A stretch of 64,000 nt of DNA from Seison nebaliae (GCA_023231475.1 JALJEE010000715.1:62001-126000), one strand, 5' to 3'. Counted from the first letter of the stretch, positions 53,723-64,000 are shown. Program-made: numbers and translations. The notes: generated from the sequence alone by a model not told the origin.

Positions 53723-54220
53723 ATCTGAATTATTTAAAAAAACGAAATATTTTCTAGTCAAAAGAAAAGAAGAGTTTTGGTTTAATAAAAAAGTTTGAAG
53801 AAGTGAAAACCATTTAGAAATCGGAAAAAGAGAGTTATCTGGAGAGTTGAGGTAAATGGACATGATAAAGAAGTAAAATTTAAAACAAATAAAAATCGGC
53901 CGGAATAAACAAATCATTGTTTCTTTTCGTCATCATAAATAAATTCTTGACGGTTGAATGAAAAGTGAGAAATGTAAATTTTTTTACGGGAATTTATAAT
54001 TACCTACAAATCCATTTCATTTCATTTTCTCCACGTGTCTGCTTCATAAACTGTGTCTGGTTTTTTTCCCTAGTTCTTTTCTATTTTGAAAATTTCCATA
54101 AAAAATTTCCCTAAAATCTTTTCTTTTCTTTCAACACAAAAATTACCTAAAGAATATACTTAGCGCGAAAAATGATAAATCGGAATAAGCAAAAAAAATA
54201 TATCAATCAATTAATATCGG

Positions 54221-56482
54221 TCAATTATCGTTCACATGAATTTTCCCAACGATCTCCCGCACGAGATATTGCATCATTTCCGATGCATTTCGACCAGCTT
54301 CCTGAACGCTTTGATGTACATCTCTTTGGTGATGAGTATTATGATGGCTGTCCGTCATTACACCGTTAATCAGAGATGTTTTTAACTGAGTCTTCTTCAT
54401 TCCCAAAGAAATGCTTTCGACCTCTTCGGATGATTCGTGAATTCGATCACTGCACATATTCGTTATTAACGACATAGTGAGAATTTTCATGCCACTGTGC
54501 TTCCCTACAATCGCTTCATGAGCAACGGACATTCCTAAGAGAAATAAGAAAATGAATTAAAAACATCTTAAAACGGTAAATAATCTTAAAATGAAGTTAA
54601 GGAAGAAATTTGGGTGAAAAAAGGAAAAGAAACAGGAGTAATCGCGTAAGTATCACGATGATGATTGTCATAATTACGAGTTCACAATGAAAGAAAAGAA
54701 CGAACGAAGAACAATAGAGAAAAGAAAGAAATGAATTGAAAGAGATAGAGAATGTTCTTCATCAATGAATATCTTATGATACTACGCAGTTTTTTGCATG
54801 TATGAACATGTTTCAGCAAGATGCATTCTTTGCATACTCATCTAAACATGCTCTCTTCTTCGTTCGACGTAGAAATGTAGTAAAATATCGTAAATTAATT
54901 CTTTCCATTTTTCCCTTACTATACAAATTCATTCGTCTTGTTTTCTCTTGTTTATTCGAAAACAATTTCATTCGGATACATCTCTCAATTCTCTCATTTA
55001 CTATCATTCATTGTTTCTCTATTTTTTTCCACTCAACGTCTTCCACTGATCTCTATACTTATCAACTCAATAAATCAACTACTAATTAATCTAAAGATTA
55101 TTATCGTTTAAGTTTTCTTAAAATTCATCCATCTAAGAAAAAAAAGGCTATTTTTATGAAATTCACCCTCACTATTACACCAAACACCAAACTAGTATTT
55201 GAAGCTCATCGTTTTTTTTAGATTCTCTCAACCAAAGTTTTGGAAGATAGAGAGATTTTGAAATGTTTCCCTTTAACGAAATTATTTCTTTCACTTCTTT
55301 AATTTGTTTATAGAAAAATTTGGATTTTCTTCTTTTTTCAGTTCAAATATTTTTCTTTCATATATCCTTCCCTAATTTTCTTTCAATGCCTTTCATTGAA
55401 CTTTCACACATTCCCTATGAAAATAATGACCATAACTTAATGCGGAATGAACAAAAAAAAAGTCTAGCTAAACAACATCCAGCTAGATTATGTCGAATTG
55501 ACAGTTTGATGTGAACCCATTAAAAATTATGAGTTTTTCTTCTCGTCTCACTCTTTTTGCACTCTAAATTTTTGTTCTTATGTTTATAGAAAAATTTAAA
55601 TGTTAACCAGCACAAGCTATATTGAGAGAGCGAAAGAATCTGGTTTCGATTGGCGACTCGAATTGAGGTCCAGTTTGAAAGGCAAAAATTCCAGTTTTGA
55701 CTTTCGACGAATAAGGAGATTTTCTTGCCACATTCAGTGCTAGATTACGTAATTCTGAATCATACAAGTTGTCGGTTGGAAGGAAGCGTTTATCCTTTCC
55801 CATATTCTCACCTGCCAATAACGACAGATCGGTATGAGATAGATGTACGAGTGGATTGTTCAGTGCCATCATAGCAATAGCGAAATGGTCTTCTAAACAA
55901 ACTACGTCGCCGACTGATAAATGTTTAGCTATTCCACCAGTGGCATTCGTCAGAATTAGAATTTGACTTCCCATCCTCGAAAGAATTCGAATTGGTAACG
56001 TAATGTGTTCTAATGCTTCACCTTCATATGGATGTACTCGTCCCTGTAAACAACAAACAGTATTTCCATTCAGTCTTCCAAACACCATGTTACCTTTATG
56101 TCCAGGAACTACTCATCATTTATCGATATATAAAACGTAGGGGTTATGGGAAATTAATTGTTGCATCACATTTATAAGAACATAATTGATAATTAAAAAG
56201 GAAATAAATAAATAATATTTATTAATTATTTTTACGAGGAAATAAACAAAGAAAACCTTTCGGTTGCACTATGTGTGGAATGTCGTGATATGGAACAATT
56301 TCCACATCGTCTAGCTCGTCAACCAAATGTCCTAATCCTGTACCACATTGAATTGTGATGGGTACGACGTGATATTTCATTGAGATACGTCTCTTGATGT
56401 AGTGGACGCCATCGAGGACCATTTCATAAAGCGACTCTTTATTTTCCTTACACAAATGGTCACATCCATTTGTTGCACTCAT
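54221..56482 (-). CDS. PNP: Purine nucleoside phosphorylase, paralog A; introns 56256-56109, 55607-54535
   Basis: IQCGTGLG, VPGHKG, QGRVHPYEG, LILTNATGG, GPQFESPIE, G|MSVAHE, SLITN. Confidence 0.92.
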
Positions 56483-57317
56483 GTTCGCACTGAAAATTCT
56501 GTTTTACTTCTTTCTATTCAGATAAATGAATATGAACTTAGAATATAAATATGAAAGCGTATAGTAAGAAAAGAAGAACTCGTTCTAAATATATGAAAAG
56601 TTGGAATACTTTTCTCAATGAAATTTGATGAGGAGCCAAAAAAAGGAGACTTGATGAATTGACGCACCCTTAATGACTATTGAATGAAAATTAACTCTCT
56701 TCTTTTCATAACTTTTTCTATCAAATCATAAGAATCGCCATTAAAACTTCTACTCCCTAATACATAAAAGAATACATAAATTTATTTAAAGAAGAAAAAA
56801 CCGGGTGGATACTATTCTTCCTGAAAAAGAAGAAGAGGAATGACTAATTCACATAGATATGAACGGAAACTGAAGAAAATAAAAAGTTCAAAATCTTCTT
56901 TCCACGAGAATGTTATTTTATTTAAACGAAGATCAATGAATAGAAGACGAGCATGAAGTGAAGAAGAAGAAGAAAGTAAACAGCAATTATCGTCACTCCC
57001 AAGGGTAGAGTGCAATTCAATGAAAAATTAATCGGAATCATTAATCATTTTAAATTTTTTTTCCATTTCCTTCACATGATTTCATCTTACGAAAATTGTC
57101 ATCTAAACGTTTGGAACCTTTTTCGAGGAAGAAAGATGAAATGAAAATTAGAATGAAATTTTCTTTGTGAATTATAGAGAATTGGTGGCGGTTGAAGGAT
57201 GGACATTGAATGTGATCGAATGTCCATTAGATTAAAAGTGTAAATAAAGGGAAGATGAATGAATAAGTGAATGAAGTTCCGGTGGTGGATTGGAAAAAAT
57301 TTGTAAAAGTAAACAAA

Positions 57318-57920
57318 TCACGACGACTCTTCCGGCAAATAGTGGAAATAACCGTCGATGTAGTTAAAGTGTTGACCATTCATGAGGGAAATACTTTTTA
57401 TATGTCTCAAATTTCCGCCCCCGTTTTGATTCGATCTAGAACTGGAAATTTTCACTTTATCTTCAACAAATTCTCAATACTAACTCAATTTGATGATTCA
57501 AATTCCAGCGATGACGACCCTTGTTCCAACTTTGGCATAATTCCGGTGTCAACGGTTTCTGATCTTTCACTGTTGGATAATATTTCTTTCGCGTGAAAAA
57601 ATAATCACTTAATTCATTCTATTAATTCCAATCAGTTATTATAAATAATTTATAAAAATATACGAATATAAAATATATAAAATAATATAAAAATAAATAA
57701 ATATTCTACGCTTTACCCTATGGAGATTCCGCGTCTTAATAAAAAAATAATTAATAAACTTTAGTAGTATGGACATCGGTAGATATCCAGCGACTCATTG
57801 TCGCATAACTTGTTCTGTCAAAGTTAGAATAAACGATGGAATTGAAAATAATTGTCAAAACTTTCTGGGTAATGTTTTTAATGGACGCCAGACATTCGTC
57901 TCTCGAGGAAAGTGTGCCAT
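57318..57920 (-). CDS. Small uncharacterised protein (about 120 aa) absent from the ORF track; introns 57861-57815, 57759-57619, 57484-57442
   Basis: Four exons join in frame: MAHFPRETNVWRPLKTLPRK|TSYATMSRWISTDVHTTK|NELSDYFFTRKKYYP..RWNLNHQID|SRSNQ..YLPEESS*; all donors GTT; exons are GC-richer than their flanks. Confidence 0.6.
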
Positions 57921-58025
57921 TTGTGGAGGAAATATTAGTCTGTTTGTTATGTGATTTCTTTCGGTGAATAAAAGAAAACTTAACCTTTGTTGGATGAAAT
58001 GGAAAGTTAATGTACTTCTCCTCTT

Positions 58026-58052
58026 AATCTTGTTGGCAATAGCAACAAGATT
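58026..58052. promoter_or_regulatory. Inverted repeat AATCTTGTTG-n7-CAACAAGATT containing an X-box-like core GTTGGCAATAGCAAC (58032-58046)
   Basis: Perfect 10-bp arms read directly; about 105 bp upstream of the ATG at 57920 (-). Confidence 0.4.
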
Positions 58053-58671
58053 GAATACTTATTTACAACACTTAAGGTTAATCATAACTAATTAACATAA
58101 GTTAAATCGACGAATTACATACAATTCTCAACTCAATTTCATGATAACTGGACGTCATGTTAAATGTGTTACAAATTTTGCGAGTTTAATAATTATCAGA
58201 AATAAGTTTAATTATTTATTGGAAAAGTGTGAATATTGTTAAGAGTAATACAAATTTAACTAAAAATTTATAAGGAATTTTTTTAAAGTTCTCTTGGAAA
58301 AGTAAATAAAATTCAACAAAAATTTTTAATGAAATTCAACAAAAATTTTCAATTTTCAATAATTAGAAATTATTATTATTTAGAAGTATTATTTTGAATA
58401 TTTTGAAAATTTCAATTCTAAAAAGAAAATTTTAATTAGAAAACAATTTTGATTTATCTTCTTCAATTTTAGAATTGTCGATTATTTCTCGAGTTCACAA
58501 GTGTTTTATTAAAATTTAACATGTTTTTAAAATTTTTGTGTTTAGCTTATCAAGTTGAATTTGTGGAAGGAGAAGACGAGTTCTTTTCATTTATTTCAAA
58601 TCTTCTAACAACTAGCTCAATAAGTGAAATGGAGAATTAACGAGTACGTTTTGCTTGTTCTCCAAAAAATC

Positions 58672-60819
58672 ATGAGAATATTTTCTTTACTCTATGGTAA
58701 AATTTCAAGAAATGGAAAAAGAGTTTTATTGGAGAAAGGTATTCGAAAGAAGAAATGGGAAAAAGATTTATTGTCAGTGACTAGTGGAAAGAAAGAGAGA
58801 AACATCGGAATTTTCGCTCATGTCGATGCAGGAAAAACGACGATTTCGGAACATTTCCTTTACTCTTCTGGAATTATCGATCGGAAAGGAAATGTTGATG
58901 ATGGTTCGACGGTAACGGATTATAACGAAATTGAACGGCAACGTGGAATAACAATCGAAGCGAGCAGTATCTCGTTTCCATGGAAGAGTCACCGAATAAA
59001 TTTAATAGACACTCCGGGACATGTCGACTTTTTTTATGATGTTCAACGATCGTTAATTGGAGTGGATGGAATTGTTCTGGTGATTGATGGAATTCGTGGA
59101 ATTCAAACACAGACGAAAAGTATTTATAGATTGATTGTGAATCATCCAATGATGATAATTGTGAATAAAATAGACAGAAAAGATTTTTGGAAAAAATCAT
59201 TCGAAAATTGTTTAAAAGGAATCGAAAATTTGAATAATGAAAAGAAGTTTGTTTATCCATTTCAAACGATTCAATTTAAGAATGATAAATTATGGAAAAT
59301 TGGGAAGATGGAATTTGTGGATTGCGAACGGTTTTGGTCATTGCTCGAATTTTGTGTGATGAATTCAGAAGAGTTTTCTGAGAAATATTTTGAAAATGTG
59401 ACAGAAAGAAGAAATTTGGAAAAAATTGATCGAAATGATTTAAGGAAAGTGTTGAGAAATTTAATTTTGGAATGTAAATTGATTCCACTCTATTTATGCA
59501 GTGGAAGAAGAGGCGATTCCATCGAGATGGTATTGGATGGAATTGTGGAATATTTGCCGAATAGTTTAGAACATCAGTTCACTAATCGAATCGAATGTCC
59601 TTTCTATTATGTGTATAAAGTGAAGAAAGAACAACAAAGATTGATGTTATTCACTCGACTATTCCAATATGGTGATGGAGGAGAAATGGCGAATCGATCA
59701 GTTCATTTATCTCGTGTCAATGGTGAAGAGAAGCGAATGCAAATTCAACAATTATATTTACCCATTTCTAACGAATATTTACAAGTGGAAGAATCGAATA
59801 ATTATTTCGTAATGCAATGCACTCATTCGAATCAATTGCGATCAGGTCAGTTTCTAATGAATTGTAAATATTCTCTCAACAACGAAATGAGAAGGAGAAT
59901 CAGAGAATTGGAGAAACGAATTCATCCCTCCTCCTCCGTCGCTTATTGCCGATTGGAGGCGGAAAACGAGAATGACATTCGTTCAATTCAACAAATCATT
60001 TCAGACATTCAATTAGAAGATCCAACACTCGAAGTGAAGGAACAGGGTGAAATGAAGAATGTCGACGACATTGTCATCGGTTCGCAAGGTGAATTACATT
60101 TGGAGGTGGTTACGGAGAAGATTCGTCGACGACTTTGTCGACCCATTTACCCGAATGAGATAGAAGTGGCATTGAAAGAGAAGTTGTGCGAGGCGACGTT
60201 AATGGTCGATTACGTACACAAAGTGTGGATGAAAGGAAAAAAATATGAAGTGAAAGTTAAACTGGAAATCGTTCCGATTGAAGAGCAGGAGAATGTTGAT
60301 AATGATTTGGTAATCGAATATATTCGATCGAAAGAAGAATCATTTACATTTGTCTCACGGGAAATGATTAATTCCATTTCTCAGACGATTAGAAAAACAT
60401 TGTGCTGCGGACCGAAAGTATCAGCACCGATGCTCCTTCCGTTGAAAGTCAACATCTTCTCCATCACATTCGCGACATTTACACCAATGCCAATATTAAC
60501 ATCAGCTATCGCCAACACCGTTCGACATGCACTCACTAATGGAAATTGCGTTGTGCTCGAACCATATATGTCGATTGATGTCGACACACCGGCCAACTAT
60601 ATGACTGCCATCAGAAGTATCTTACAACGAAGAAATGCATTGTCTATTGACATGAACCATCTATCAAGCGAAACAAAGACCAATAATGAAATGTGTTACA
60701 ACTTAATTACATGTGCGCCATTATCATCGTTGAATGGAATAACAAATGAGATTCGTTCCATTTCCCAAGGTTTCGCTACTATAACAATGAAATTCGAAAA
60801 ATATCTTCCACGACTTTGA
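58672..60819 (+). CDS. GFM2: Mitochondrial ribosome-releasing factor 2 (EF-G2mt), intronless
   Basis: Basic presequence from ATG 58672; RNIGIFAHVDAGKTT, GNVDDGSTVTDY..ERQRGITI, NLIDTPGHVDF, NKID, GELHLEV, VLEPYM. Confidence 0.88.
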   Translation: MRIFSLLYGKISRNGKRVLLEKGIRKKKWEKDLLSVTSGKKERNIGIFAHVDAGKTTISEHFLYSSGIIDRKGNVDDGSTVTDYNEIERQRGITIEASSISFPWKSHRINLIDTPGHVDFFYDVQRSLIGVDGIVLVIDGIRGIQTQTKSIYRLIVNHPMMIIVNKIDRKDFWKKSFENCLKGIENLNNEKKFVYPFQTIQFKNDKLWKIGKMEFVDCERFWSLLEFCVMNSEEFSEKYFENVTERRNLEKIDRNDLRKVLRNLILECKLIPLYLCSGRRGDSIEMVLDGIVEYLPNSLEHQFTNRIECPFYYVYKVKKEQQRLMLFTRLFQYGDGGEMANRSVHLSRVNGEEKRMQIQQLYLPISNEYLQVEESNNYFVMQCTHSNQLRSGQFLMNCKYSLNNEMRRRIRELEKRIHPSSSVAYCRLEAENENDIRSIQQIISDIQLEDPTLEVKEQGEMKNVDDIVIGSQGELHLEVVTEKIRRRLCRPIYPNEIEVALKEKLCEATLMVDYVHKVWMKGKKYEVKVKLEIVPIEEQENVDNDLVIEYIRSKEESFTFVSREMINSISQTIRKTLCCGPKVSAPMLLPLKVNIFSITFATFTPMPILTSAIANTVRHALTNGNCVVLEPYMSIDVDTPANYMTAIRSILQRRNALSIDMNHLSSETKTNNEMCYNLITCAPLSSLNGITNEIRSISQGFATITMKFEKYLPRL

Positions 60820-60967
60820 GACAACAGAAAACATTGTTCTTTCCCGACAACTAATTCTTTGTTACTCTCATTCTATGAGAGAACCATCTTTTGATGGTTT
60901 TCAAAATTTAATTTTTTCTTCTTTTTTGTCGAGATAGATTAAGAGAATTAAATTTAGTGAGAGAATT

Positions 60968-61333
60968 ATGAGTTCGTCAAAAGAGTTATATCGAAGGATG
61001 ATGAGGGAACTGGTGAGATTGAATAAGCCAAAAGAAATTTTCCAGAGTCCTCTCCATCGTCATGTCGTTGAAACGATGCGTCTCAATTCGGTCACAACTG
61101 CTCGTACTTGTCAGAATGAGAATGAATTACAATTACAATTAAAAACTTATGTAGATTTTCTAATAGCTTCTCGTCAATTACAACAACTCACCGATCGATA
61201 TGCCAAAGGCGAACTTTCCGTAGAAAAGGCAGCAGAACGAGTTGGATTACATCTACCTAAACTCTACAAAGAGAATAACAATCCATTGTCGTCCAATTCA
61301 ACTACTTCAACTCCCTCTAACAAAGAGCAATAA
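60968..61333 (+). CDS. FMC1: FMC1 homolog (LYR-type mitochondrial complex V assembly factor), intronless
   Basis: LYRRMMREL N-terminus, VTTARTC, TYVDFLIASR, KGELSVEKAAERVGLHLP. Confidence 0.85.
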   Translation: MSSSKELYRRMMRELVRLNKPKEIFQSPLHRHVVETMRLNSVTTARTCQNENELQLQLKTYVDFLIASRQLQQLTDRYAKGELSVEKAAERVGLHLPKLYKENNNPLSSNSTTSTPSNKEQ

Positions 61334-61505
61334 CCAGATGAATTATATCATTCCTCCTAACGGTGGCATATCTTCAACATTAATATTTCTCCACTTTAAT
61401 CTTCTCTTCTTCCTCCTCCTCCTCTTCCTCGAAAAGAAATGAAAAAAGGAGAATTCGTTTAAAAACAAAAAATTTAGTTAATGAATTTTACCATTTCATT
61501 TATTA

Positions 61506-61547
61506 AACAACAACAACAACAACAACAACAATAATAATAATAATAAT
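61506..61547. repeat. Compound (AAC)n(AAT)n microsatellite
   Basis: Read directly between FMC1 and COA1. Confidence 0.85.
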
Positions 61548-61895
61548 GAGAGAGATGATATTATTCTTCATATTTGTTATTGTTTCTCGTTCGTCCGAGA
61601 AAAAAAAAACCTGAACATATTTCGGTGATGGAATTCGAATTGATTTGATATAATTGAATTGTGATAGAACAGTGGGTAAATGAAAGATAATTTAATTATG
61701 AATTCATTCATCTATTCATAATCATGTCCATCTCATTCAATTTCCATATTTCCTTCAAAAAGATTATTTTATGTTCTTTCATTTTCCATCATTTCCTAAT
61801 TAACCACAAGCGAAGGAAGAATCATTTCCGTTTCGTTATACCAAAAAGAAATTCACTCTTCACAATCCAAATTCCTCTTCTTTTTTTTGAAGTTC

Positions 61896-62899
61896 ATGTA
61901 CAAAAAGCAGAAATTGTCATTCGTGGATCTGGCATTCCAAAGTCGTCTAACGAAATTCGCCATCGTGACGATGATGTCGGGATCGATAATTGCACTTTAT
62001 CTCAAGAACAAAGCGAAAGGTAGTAAAAAATGATCTATTACTTCTTCTCATCTCTTCATGAATTATTCTTATGTTCCATTTGTGATTTATCATTTACTCG
62101 AACTAAATGTTATTTTTCATTCGAACAATTCGAACAAATCAACAGATCGTTTTACACAAATGCCATATTACATCGAATCGTTTCGTTTGTTCAAACAATA
62201 TCCGTACACAAAGAGCATTTTCGGAGATAATGTTCGTGCACTACCTATGAATTTATCAGATAAAACCAATTATTGTGATCATAAGATAGCGAAAGTTCGT
62301 TCATTCATTTCCTTCTCATTTTCATCTGTCACATCCAACACATAATACATTCTCGTAGTAGTTGAAGGAGCGAAAGAATGAGAATTTTCTCCAAAAACAA
62401 AATTATTAATAATTAAGAATTGTGAAGTTGAAATATTATGATTGTGAAGATGATAATTGATAAGTAAATTGCATAAAACTTTCGGAAACTTTAATAATTC
62501 TCTTCTCTCTAATTGTTAGATCAATGTACCAGTGAAAGGTAGTCGACAAAAAGGTTCGCTACACATTCATGCTTTATGCGAAACTGAAAGAAATCAAACT
62601 GACGAGAGAAATAAGTAAGTTCTTTCTTCTTCACTTCCATTCTCTCTTCATTCCACCTGTTCCCATCATTCATTCTTCTTCTTGATGAATGAATTGTCCA
62701 CTTCAAAATACAAATCCCAATTTCATGAAATTTATATGAGAAATTAATTTTTCTTTCAAATAGAAATGATAAGATTAATTGGGTTATTCAAGAATTACAT
62801 GTATCAGCGGATAATATGAAAGAGCCATTTCTCTTTTACCAGAAGAAGAAGAAGAAGGAGAAGGATGAGGAAGAAAACGAAGTTAAAGGCGACGAATAA
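61896..62899 (+). CDS. COA1: Cytochrome c oxidase assembly factor 1 homolog; introns 62020-62145, 62295-62519, 62615-62763
   Basis: Spliced product has a TM (FAIVTMMSGSIIALYL), then F..PYYIESFRLFKQYP..KSIFG, DKTNYCDHKIAK|INVPVKGSRQKGSLHIHA and W.IQEL, the Coa1-family pattern; only one exon appears in the ORF track. Confidence 0.8.
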
Positions 62900-63589
62900 T
62901 AGACAAAATAAAGAATTTTTATTACGAAATAAATTAAAGATTCCTCTCATATTTCTCCAGAAAATTCGTTTAGAGAAAACACGTAATAAAATTTCCATTG
63001 GCAACACTAAATTCTTTTATGTTTGGAGTGGAGGAGATAGTAAGTTGAAGAAAAATTGTTCGTTAGTTAGCTCGACTTGAACCGATTGAGTGAGAGTTAA
63101 GTTAGAGGAGAATTGTTATTTTGGACACTGCTCATATTCCCAGGAAGAAGTATTAAGAAAGTAATTATTATGGAAATATCAAATTTTCCATAACTAACAA
63201 TAATGAAGGTAATTGATAATAACAAATAATAATGAAATGGTCATAATAACTCACTTAAGTGAAAAGTTGGACGAGTTAATTCTATTAGCAATCCATCCAT
63301 CCTCTACTTCACCAATTCTTATACGCAAATATTTATCGACAAGAAATTATTTCGTGCCAATATCTTTCTCCTAACCTGCCATCTATATTTATCTATCACA
63401 CTTTCCAATATCCTTAATTTAATATCAAAGTTTTCCGACATTGACATCATTCTGTCAACAAACGTTCCATTCTCACGTAAATTATTTGTCTCCTTTCCAT
63501 AGTGTCGATGATAAAACTACAAATACAATTTTCATTCTCTAATTCAGATTTAAATTTACTTTATAAAGTAAGAAACGAACATAATTGAT

Positions 63590-64000
63590 ATGGCATCGTG
63601 GGCAACTAAATTAGGTCGTAATTGTAATATTACTAGTGCTGAGTTCACCGCTTGCTGGAAATGTTATGACAAAGACGGTAACGGTTACATCGATGGAACT
63701 GAACTCGATGATTTCTTCCGCGATCTCGTCCGACACAATTGTAAAGAAGACGTTTATTATTAAAATAATGTTGTTTGAATAAAAATTTCGATTTATGAAT
63801 GGAAAAGGTCCAACTTCAAAGTTTAATCGAAAAAGTTAAACATGAAACGATGTCAACTTACGATATTAATCAGGATGGTAGAATCGATATAGCTGAAGTT
63901 AAATTTCTCTCAAACTTTTTCTTTTTGAGACATGTTGTTCGATATAGTTGGCGAAAATTTTGCCAACCGAAGAATCATTCTTGACAATTTTCCATTATGC
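63590..64000 (+). CDS. Calbindin/calretinin/secretagogin-family EF-hand protein, 5' part only; introns 63752-63807, 63898-63947
   Basis: EFTACWKCYDKDGNGYIDGTELDDFFRDL, YDINQDGRIDIAE|LAKILPTEESFL; runs off the window end. Confidence 0.88.

Noticed and set aside
58309..58349. Two-copy direct repeat aaattcaacaaaaatttt
   Set aside because: Only two low-complexity copies with no spacers or element features; not CRISPR-like
5730..60596. Numerous antisense and off-frame ORFs nested in the long genes
   Set aside because: Shadow frames of real coding sequence with no independent motifs
1..64000. Stop-codon reassignment or selenocysteine readthrough to explain broken ORFs
   Set aside because: Every break in a conserved protein is explained by a GT-AG intron, and TAA, TAG and TGA all terminate conserved genes

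Overview
AT-rich, very gene-dense animal (metazoan) genomic DNA, not prokaryotic. A 7-EC protocadherin and tiny introns suggest a compact-genome invertebrate such as a spiralian (inference only). I can assemble about 23 protein-coding genes. Recognisable ones are a delta-type protocadherin, GMPPB, PSMD13, RASSF2/4-like, a non-catalytic neuroligin-like protein, integrin alpha, ERGIC2, CDK5, a divergent 7TM receptor, GON4L, RPB11, a gamma-syntrophin-like protein, two tandem PNP paralogs, GFM2, FMC1, COA1 and a calbindin/calretinin-like gene cut by the window end. Six more are small or intron-rich genes of unknown function that the ORF track shows only in fragments or misses. Main signals: (1) of 53 coding introns I reconstructed by hand, 47 start GTT, 3 GTC and only 3 GTA, and all three GTA donors are in introns of 126 nt or more, an inversion of the usual GTR donor rule; (2) operon-like spacing with an apparently unpaired splice acceptor between RPB11 and GON4L; (3) three co-oriented mitochondrial biogenesis genes in a row (GFM2-FMC1-COA1). 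All gene models are manual and unverified by transcripts. No tRNA, rRNA, CRISPR array or transposase was recognised.
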